A DNA stretch of 32,000 bases from Mycolicibacterium smegmatis (GTDB lineage: Bacteria > Actinomycetota > Actinomycetes > Mycobacteriales > Mycobacteriaceae). The DNA lies in contig NZ_LN831039.1 of the NCBI RefSeq assembly GCF_001457595.1, positions 6,000,001 to 6,032,000 of the forward strand. The letters are read 5' to 3'. Shown in pieces: positions 24,666 through 31,475 of the stretch. The position numbers and the translations under genes are program-made. The notes under the pieces were generated by a model. That model saw only the letters and a list, made by a program, of their open reading frames with translations, ran no database searches and had not been told where the DNA came from. Each line of letters opens with the position of its first letter. The first letter of the stretch is position 1.

Positions 24666-26078
24666 TCACCAACTGATGCCGATGTAGCGAGGATCGTCCT
24701 GGTAGTCCACCGACCCCGGAAACCGCACCAGGTCGACCACGATGCGCCCGTCGACGCGCCTCAGAGCAGCGATCGACTCTGGATCCGCTGCGCCGACAAC
24801 GCACACCTCGGCATGGTTGACGACTTCGTCGGGCGAGTCCGAAACACACTGTGAAAGACACGGAATTCGCGCTTCGGCGAAGGCTCGATTGGCACCGAGC
24901 AGCCGTGACGCGGAGACTTGTGGGTCGTAGATCTGCAAGTCGAAGCCGCGTCCGACAAGGCGTTCCGCCAGTGCCACCAAGGGGCTTTCCCGCAAGTCAT
25001 CGGTACCCGATTTGAAGGCGAGGCCGAGCAGACCGACGCGACGCTTGCCGGTCGCCTCGATGACATTGAACGCACGATCGATCTGGCCGTTGTTGGAAAT
25101 GCAGACACTCTCCAAGATCGGCAGGGGGACGTCGGAGGTCCGTGCACGATGGATGAGTGCGCGGAGATCCTTGGGCAGGCACGAGCCGCCGAATGCGAAG
25201 CCCGGCCGCAGGTAGGCCCTCGAGATGTTGAGCTTTGTATCGGCCACGAAGATGTCCATGACGGCATGACTGTCAAGGCCCATGGCCTTGCAGACTGCTC
25301 CGATCTCGTTGGCGAAACCCGTTTTGAGTGCGTGAAATCCGTTGTCCGCATACTTCACCATCTCGGCGACGGCGAGTGGCACGCGAAAAACAGGAGCTGA
25401 CATTCCCTCATACAGTTGGGCAACCACGTCTCCGCTGACGGCGTCGAACTGGCCGATGACGATCTTCGGTGGCTCGAAGAAGTCCCGGATCGAACTTCCC
25501 TCACGTAAGAATTCAGGATTGACCGCCACCCCGAAATCCTCGCCGGCCCGCAGTCCCGATGCGGCCTGCAGGCGCGGAAGAACGATCTGCTCACATGTCC
25601 AAGGCAGAACCGTCGACCGTATTACAACGGTGTAGCGTCCTGCACGGCCCGCGAGTGCAGCACCTATGTCTTCACTTACCCGCTCGAGATACGTCGTGAG
25701 GAGGCTCCCGTTCGCGGCCGAGGGCGTTCCGACGCATACCAGCGCGATATCTGTATTCGCCACAGCATCAGCGGGATTCGTGGTCGCGCTGAGCCGGCCG
25801 GCGGCGACCTCGCCGAAGATGAGTTCGCCGAGGCCGCCTTCTACCACCGGGCTCTGACCGCGGTTGATCATGTCGACCTTCTCGCGCCTGACATCGACGC
25901 CGATGACCGAATGACCGCGGCTGGCAAGACAAGCCGCAGTAACGCTGCCTACATAACCAAGACCGAAAACCGCGACGCGTCGCACCGCTCGGCCAGAGGG
26001 CGCGCAGGATTCTGCGACACCCTTGAATTCCCGGGCGGCGAGTGAATCACCACCCTGTGAGTTATCAATTCTCGGCAT
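24666..26078 (-). CDS. nucleotide-sugar 6-dehydrogenase, best read as GDP-mannose 6-dehydrogenase (AlgD-like)
   Basis: Long blocks are colinear with my recollection of P. aeruginosa AlgD: FGLGYVG, RGHxVIGVD, [18 protein letters not shown] (AlgD VVVRSTVLPGT), NPEFLRE and VAEMVKY. Also [26 protein letters not shown] (AlgD [26 protein letters not shown]), [25 protein letters not shown], and C-terminal GISW (AlgD GICW). ATG 26078 has a GGGAAGGG RBS 6 nt upstream and adds about 31 aa N-terminal to the Rossmann fold. Confidence 0.85.
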   Translation of the reverse strand: [470 protein letters not shown]

Positions 26079-26546
26079 CGACTGCCCTTCCCGCGCCGCA
26101 AGCCCTTGGGCCAGCATTCTGCCAGTCGAGATCGCAATGCTAACACCCTTTGCCAAGATGGGACCACATGACAGAACAAGTCACCTGAAGATCCAAGACA
26201 ATGAGTCGAGAGGATCCGATCGTCTTCCCTTTCCCTACCTTCATGACGGCTTCCACCTGGGCTTTTGTCAACGCCAGGAAGCTGTCGAACCCACGCTACT
26301 GGGGGGTATTTGATTAGTTCATTACATTTCAAATAGCTGCGTACACCGGTTGCTCACAGTGGCACCTACTTCAACCCTCGGTACAAACCGGCTATCCCCC
26401 TGGCAAATGGTCGACTGGGGCCAGATGAGGCAAAAGTGGATTAACTCCGCAAATCCCGAATCCATATCGAAAAGCGCGCCCGGTGGGTAGCCTGAGCACA
26501 GCCAAATCCCCGGACTCCCATTGATTCCATTACGAAGGGACATGAC
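26079..26546. promoter_or_regulatory. 468-bp divergent intergenic region (promoters and long leaders for the dehydrogenase operon and the Wzz/Wzy operon)
   Basis: This is the longest non-coding stretch in the window. It is visibly AT-enriched: 26281-26340 is about 45% GC by hand count and includes GGTATTTGATTAGTTCATTACATTTCAAATAGC. No convincing ORF with an RBS is present. It is flanked by divergent starts at 26078 (-) and 26547 (+). Confidence 0.4.
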
Positions 26547-27287
26547 GTGGACCTGTTTGATGTAGTGCGGTCGTGCTTCCGCCGCTGGTACGTCTTTGTT
26601 CCGCTGTTGGCGATCGTGACCTGGCTCAGCTACTCGACATACAACTCGGTGCAACCGGTTTACTACTCGAACGCCGTCATCGGCCTTGCCGCCCCGAGCT
26701 CGCGGATCGACAACGCGGTGCAGGGGGTTCCCGTGCCACGCAACGGGCTTCTGGATGTTGGCGGCGCATCGCTGATCGCCAACATGACGGCTCTGGGCCT
26801 CAAGGAGCCGGCGGTGGTCGACAAGGTGGTCGCGTCGGGCGGGATACCGGATTACGACGCAAGGATGTTCCCGAGCCCGGCGAACATGCAGCAGTTGCCG
26901 CTCGTGATGATCGAGGCGACGGATGCCGACGAGGAAGCTGTGTCCATCACGATGCAACTCGTCACCGCTCAGGCCGAAGAAACACTGCGAAACTTACAGC
27001 AGCAGGCGCAGGTCCCTGACGCACAGATGGTCCGCCCCTTCATGGTGTCACCTCCGAGTACCCCAGCCGCCGGAATGCCGGCCCGCACCCGCTCGACAAT
27101 CGCGATTTTCGTCGCGGGGTTCGGCATCACGGTCGTCGTCACTGTGCTTTTCGATGTGGTGGCCAGCCGGATCGGTCGACGGCGCAAGGCATCTCATGGG
27201 CCCGAACCGATCAGGGCGGATCACGCGTCCGATACCCCGTCGACAAACGGACAGCCGATCAGAAGCACAGAAGTGAATCAGACCTGA
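26547..27287 (+). CDS. Wzz-like polysaccharide co-polymerase, third paralog (no kinase domain)
   Basis: GTG 26547 lies 6 nt after GAAGGGA. The N-terminal TM (WYVFVPLLAIVTWLSY) is followed by QPVYYSNAVIGL. A Pro-rich segment SPPSTPAAGMPAR precedes the C-terminal TM (IAIFVAGFGITVVVTVLF). 246 aa. Confidence 0.65.
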   Translation: MDLFDVVRSCFRRWYVFVPLLAIVTWLSYSTYNSVQPVYYSNAVIGLAAPSSRIDNAVQGVPVPRNGLLDVGGASLIANMTALGLKEPAVVDKVVASGGIPDYDARMFPSPANMQQLPLVMIEATDADEEAVSITMQLVTAQAEETLRNLQQQAQVPDAQMVRPFMVSPPSTPAAGMPARTRSTIAIFVAGFGITVVVTVLFDVVASRIGRRRKASHGPEPIRADHASDTPSTNGQPIRSTEVNQT

Positions 27288-27288
27288 T

Positions 27289-28698
27289 ATGGCCACGGCA
27301 GTGAGGACGACCGAGTCGGTACCGTTCGCTTCGACCGAATTCCTGATCAGTACACCCGTCGAGACTGAAGGGCGCCGGCCCTGGTTGCTCGGAATCCTCT
27401 GCATCCTGATGATGCTCCTACCGAGCTACGTGCTATTTCCAGGACCGTTGAAGAGCAACGGCTCGCCAGCGCGCATGATCGCGGTGATGTTCTTCGGTCT
27501 GCTGGTGCTCGGTTTCCTGATGGTCCGCCGTACGGGCAAGGTCCGCAGGATCCAACCGGGTGTGCTGATCCTCGTGCTCTACTTTTTCCTGTGGCTCACG
27601 ACTTACGGTGTCGCACTGCTGAATTTCGATCCCTCGCCGGGGTCAGCGGCCACCGATGCGAGCATGACACGAAGTCTGATCGCGCTCATCGCGAATGTCG
27701 GTTTGGGACTCTACGTTGTCACACGGGTCCGGACCACGCGGCAGCGCAACTTCGTGATGGGTTGCCTCCTGTTCGGAATGGCGTTCGTGTGCCTGGTGGG
27801 CCTGCTCCAGAGCGTTGCTTCTGTCGACTTGCGCTTCCTCTTGCAGCCACCCGGGTTCGTCATCAGCACGGATACCTTGTCGCTGGTTGAACGTGCGGGT
27901 GTGGAACGTGCCTTGGGCACCTCCGAGCACGCGATCGAGTACTCCATCCTCACTGCGTCGGCACTTCCGCTCGCTCTCTATTTCGCACGCTTCGCCGAGA
28001 CTCGCAATCGCCGCATACTGTCGGTCGCCGTGTGCGGTTTGGCCATCCTGACCGTACCGACCGGAGTTTCGAGGACCGGGGTGATCGCTCTCGGCGCAGC
28101 ACTTCTGGTCCTGATGCTCGCTCACACCGTTCGGCAGATCGCAATCGGCCTCGTCGTCGGACTGGTCGCCATCGGCGGGTACATGACTGCCTTCCCGAAC
28201 ATCGTGAAGGCACTGTGGGAGACGATCCTCACGTCGGACAAGGATCCCAGCGTCCTCGGCAGGACGGCAGACTACGCGACGGTGTCGGAAACTTTCCGCG
28301 CTCATCCGGCATTCGGATTGGGGCTGGGCGCATCGCCCCCTGAAATCTACGGTCTACTTGACAACGAGTGGCTTCAAGCGGTCGTGCAAGGCGGCCTTGT
28401 GGGAGTTGCGGCAATGATCGCGCTCGCAGGTGGAGGTATTTTCGGCATCGCCGCCGCGCTTCGATGCGCGTCGAACACCCGAGAGCGGTACCAGGCATAC
28501 GTACTAGGGGCGATCTTCGCCGCAGTGCTGGTCTCCAGCTTCACATTCGACCTGTTCGGCTTTCAACAGGCAACGTTCCTGTTCTTCATCACTTTTGGCC
28601 TGTTGTGGTCCGGCTATACGGTCGAAGTGCCATCACGCCCGACAAGGGCGCGACGCGTGCTCAGGTCCACACCGACCGCGGAAAGCCTGAGGACTTGA
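27289..28698 (+). CDS. Wzy_C / O-antigen-ligase-family integral membrane protein (second copy)
   Basis: 469 aa and multi-TM. Family blocks are VSRTGVIALGAALLVLML, AHPAFGLGLGA and LDNEWLQAVVQGGLVGVAAMIAL. The ATG lies 1 nt after the upstream stop. Confidence 0.8.
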   Translation: MATAVRTTESVPFASTEFLISTPVETEGRRPWLLGILCILMMLLPSYVLFPGPLKSNGSPARMIAVMFFGLLVLGFLMVRRTGKVRRIQPGVLILVLYFFLWLTTYGVALLNFDPSPGSAATDASMTRSLIALIANVGLGLYVVTRVRTTRQRNFVMGCLLFGMAFVCLVGLLQSVASVDLRFLLQPPGFVISTDTLSLVERAGVERALGTSEHAIEYSILTASALPLALYFARFAETRNRRILSVAVCGLAILTVPTGVSRTGVIALGAALLVLMLAHTVRQIAIGLVVGLVAIGGYMTAFPNIVKALWETILTSDKDPSVLGRTADYATVSETFRAHPAFGLGLGASPPEIYGLLDNEWLQAVVQGGLVGVAAMIALAGGGIFGIAAALRCASNTRERYQAYVLGAIFAAVLVSSFTFDLFGFQQATFLFFITFGLLWSGYTVEVPSRPTRARRVLRSTPTAESLRT

Positions 28699-29770
28699 CA
28701 CCGCGTACATGGTGAAGGGCCCGTCGCAGGCTCGGAGCGAGGGGCGACCTTTTCACCGCGTCTGTCATCGCCTGACGTCCGCTGCGCATTACTCGTCGAG
28801 TGACACTGTTGCTGACGAAAGCTTGACTCACAACCGTTTCGCCCGTCTTCGCTCGACGTTTGTAGTCGTCGTCGCCTCGGCCGAGATCCATACGCGTGAT
28901 GCCGATTTCGGCAGCGGCGTCGATCACCTCACGTAGCAGTATCCAGCCCGGAGACAGTTGTGCGAACGCTGGATCGTAGACCGGGAACCACCAGTGCAGT
29001 ACGTGACCGGAGCGAATACCGAAGTGAGCTGCGACCAATCGATCACCGATATGGACCGTGGAAAGAACACCTCCGAACCCAGGACCACGAGTGTGCAGCA
29101 GTCTGTGCATCAACTGGACGTGAGCCGACTTCGCGAAATAGTCGCGGCTGCCTGTCTTCACATACTGGGCGCGCTTCAATTCGATCAGACGTGCGAGGGC
29201 GTCGTCGTCGACGACATCGACACCGAACCGGAGCGGGCCGTGGGTTCGTTCGGCTCTCACCCGGCATCGCCGCGCCTCCTTCATCTTGTCCCTGCCGCTT
29301 CGCGACACTCGATCAAGGTAGCCATCCAGCCCGCCTGTGATGTCCATCCACGGCGATGACCGACGGGAGACGATCCATGGTTCGAAACCGGCCTTCTGAG
29401 GAACCAAGTGGTCGAATGTGAGAACCCGTAAGCCGTCCACCAGAAGCTCAAGCGGCGAGGGTGCCTCGCCGGGTCCGCATATCGGTCCCTGGAAGTCCGC
29501 AGCTGGCCAACCCACCGGATGCAACACTGCGCCCTCACGGTGCCCCGGGAGAAGGGCGGACACCGCTCCGGCCGCGTCACGGACCACGACCACCGACACC
29601 GGTCTGCCGGTAGCATGCACCGCCGCGGCGAACCCTGGGTGGAAATATGGGCTGTCCAAGGCCTGATTGCTTGCCCGGAGCGCGTGCCAGGCGTCGATCT
29701 CTTCGTCGCTGAGCTCATCCATCCCCACAATCCGCGACGTCGTCGAACCCAAGAGCTTCCTGCCGTTCAT
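28661..29770 (-). CDS. GNAT-superfamily acyltransferase, CelD/BioF2/FemAB-like (Acetyltransf_6-type)
   Basis: The C-terminal block is LVAAHFGIRSGHVLHWWFPVYDPAFAQLSPGWILLREVIDAAAEIGITRMDLGRGDDDYKRRAKTGE (the SPG...DxGxG..YK signature of this family). ATG 29770 overlaps the upstream GT2 stop (ATGA). The ORF-track extension to 30394 lies inside the GT2 gene. The 3' end overlaps the Wzy-like gene by 38 nt. Confidence 0.8.
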   Translation of the reverse strand: MNGRKLLGSTTSRIVGMDELSDEEIDAWHALRASNQALDSPYFHPGFAAAVHATGRPVSVVVVRDAAGAVSALLPGHREGAVLHPVGWPAADFQGPICGPGEAPSPLELLVDGLRVLTFDHLVPQKAGFEPWIVSRRSSPWMDITGGLDGYLDRVSRSGRDKMKEARRCRVRAERTHGPLRFGVDVVDDDALARLIELKRAQYVKTGSRDYFAKSAHVQLMHRLLHTRGPGFGGVLSTVHIGDRLVAAHFGIRSGHVLHWWFPVYDPAFAQLSPGWILLREVIDAAAEIGITRMDLGRGDDDYKRRAKTGETVVSQAFVSNSVTRRVMRSGRQAMTDAVKRSPLAPSLRRALHHVRGVKSSGFPRSVWT

Positions 29771-30708
29771 GTGGGCAGCTCCCGCATTCGGCGAGACGGC
29801 TGCAACAGAGCGGCAATCGAGGCACGCGATGTGGGCCGGCCCACTGCGGCGCGAATGCCCTGCCCAACTGCCACAGCCGCGAGGTACGCAGCGCCGTGCA
29901 GGCGATTGTGTCGCCGTCGGAACAGCTCCACCTTGTTGACGGTGAGCATCGAGGCGAACATCGGCTTGGTTTCGGACACACCGCCGACGTGCTCGAACAC
30001 CGCAGCGGGCTCGTACCAGGTGTACCAACCATTGTCCGCCGCGCGCAGACAGTACTCGGTCTCCTCGCTGTACATCAGGAACGACTCGTCCCACATACCT
30101 ATGTCGAGCAACAACCGAACCGAGAGCATCATCGCAGCACCCGTGGCCCACGCGGTGACCCCGGGTTCCTCGTAGACCCGGGGATCGGTCACACGTTCTG
30201 CCAGAGGGCCCAGCCGCCCTGCCAGTTGCCCTGGCACCAGCGCCTCGACCAATGCTCGGATCACGGTCGGCTTCCGGCGCAGTGTGTATTGCTGAGCGCC
30301 GTTTGGATAACGCAACCTCGGCACCGCTATGCCACAGTTGGTCCGGTTCAGCGCTGAAGCCAGTACCTGCAACGTATTCGGCGAGACACGGCAATCAGCA
30401 TTCAGCACCAGGATGGCGTCCACGACGCTCAGGTCCAGAGCCTGGATACCGGCGTTCACGCCGGCGGCGTATCCCCCGTTCCGCCCAGTCTGGACAACTG
30501 TCACGTCGAGATCAGCGAACCTCCCGGCGATCTCGCATGTCTCATCTTTGGACGCATTGTCGGCAACGACCACAGCTGCCAACGGTGTTCCCTCGTCCGC
30601 CAGCGCGTGCAAACACTCACCGAGGACATCGGCGCTGTTGTAAGTCACGATCACCACTGCCACGCGCGCCGCGGGCCGGGTGCGCGCCGATACGCCGTCT
30701 TGCGCCAT
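29767..30708 (-). CDS. family-2 glycosyltransferase (rhamnosyltransferase/WbbL-like architecture)
   Basis: VAVVIVTYNSADVLGECLHAL, VVVADNASKDET, GRNGGYAAGVNAG and LVLNADCRV. ATG 30708 lies 4 nt after GGAGGGG and shares 1 nt with the upstream stop (TGATG). 313 aa. Confidence 0.85.
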   Translation of the reverse strand: MAQDGVSARTRPAARVAVVIVTYNSADVLGECLHALADEGTPLAAVVVADNASKDETCEIAGRFADLDVTVVQTGRNGGYAAGVNAGIQALDLSVVDAILVLNADCRVSPNTLQVLASALNRTNCGIAVPRLRYPNGAQQYTLRRKPTVIRALVEALVPGQLAGRLGPLAERVTDPRVYEEPGVTAWATGAAMMLSVRLLLDIGMWDESFLMYSEETEYCLRAADNGWYTWYEPAAVFEHVGGVSETKPMFASMLTVNKVELFRRRHNRLHGAAYLAAVAVGQGIRAAVGRPTSRASIAALLQPSRRMRELPT

Positions 30709-31475
30709 CAGCCCCTCCAACGCTTGACCGCTCGCGCGGCGCTGTTACGCGCTGACAGGACAAGCGGTGTGTGTGGATCGAGCAACCGGTATATCCAGTC
30801 CGCATCTATGTCGTGACGCAGACTGGTCCTGGCCTGCAGCCAGGCTTCCGGTCGGGCCCGCCCACCGTCACTGGTGTAAACGCGGGTAACGCCGGCGTCC
30901 CGCAGCCTCCGCAGCACGTGGCGGTCATAAGAACCGAACGGGATCGCCACCCGTGACACGGAACTGCCGGTGACGGCGCTCAGCCTCTCGTGAGCGTCTT
31001 CGAATTCCTCGTGGGCCTGCGCGTCGTCGATACGCCGCCAATCACGGTGCGCCCAACCATGAGAACCGATCGACATACCTGCATCCAGAAGTTCTCGGAC
31101 TCCGGTGTCGTCCACTCGCCCGAGCTTTCCCAATTCACCTGCGAGCAAGAAAAACTCCGCGGTGATGTTTCGCTCGACCAGTCGCGGCAACGCGACCTTC
31201 ACATCAGATGCGTTTCCGTCATCGAACGTGATCCGAACGTCCGATCGGCCTGAAACCGCGTCGAGGACCTGCTCGAACTGCGCGACACTGACCCAGGTGA
31301 GATGTTCCCCCGGATCCAACTCACGGTCGGTCGCGCCGATCCCGTGGACGGTGATGTTGCACACCGATGCGCGCCTGACATCTGCATCATGAGAAGAACG
31401 TACGGACAACAAGACAACCCCCGACTCACTCGTGTATGTCGACCGACTGCTGCCGGATGTCGATGCCCGATTCAC
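30708..31475 (-). CDS. CE4 (NodB-type) polysaccharide deacetylase, apparently cytoplasmic
   Basis: Motif 1 is RITFDDGNASD and motif 2 is GSHGWAH (HxxxH), which together give the Asp-His-His metal triad. No signal peptide or TM is present. GTG 31475 forms a GTGA overlap with the upstream stop, the same coupling style as the rest of the locus. GTG 31493 is the alternative. Confidence 0.85.
   Translation of the reverse strand: MNRASTSGSSRSTYTSESGVVLLSVRSSHDADVRRASVCNITVHGIGATDRELDPGEHLTWVSVAQFEQVLDAVSGRSDVRITFDDGNASDVKVALPRLVERNITAEFFLLAGELGKLGRVDDTGVRELLDAGMSIGSHGWAHRDWRRIDDAQAHEEFEDAHERLSAVTGSSVSRVAIPFGSYDRHVLRRLRDAGVTRVYTSDGGRARPEAWLQARTSLRHDIDADWIYRLLDPHTPLVLSARNSAARAVKRWRG

Noticed and set aside
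25949-26957. Small or medium ORFs in and around the 468-bp intergenic region (25949..26332 -, 26023..26313 +, 26322..26957 -), considered as candidate regulators.
   Set aside because: They have no ribosome-binding sites and no recognisable domains. Their composition is Arg/His-rich, and two of them overlap well-supported genes on other frames.
29771-30394. The extension of the CelD-like GNAT ORF to 577 aa.
   Set aside because: The extension overlaps the GT2 gene in another frame and has Arg/Ala/Gly-rich sequence. ATG 29770 forms an ATGA overlap with the GT2 stop and yields a family-typical 369 aa.
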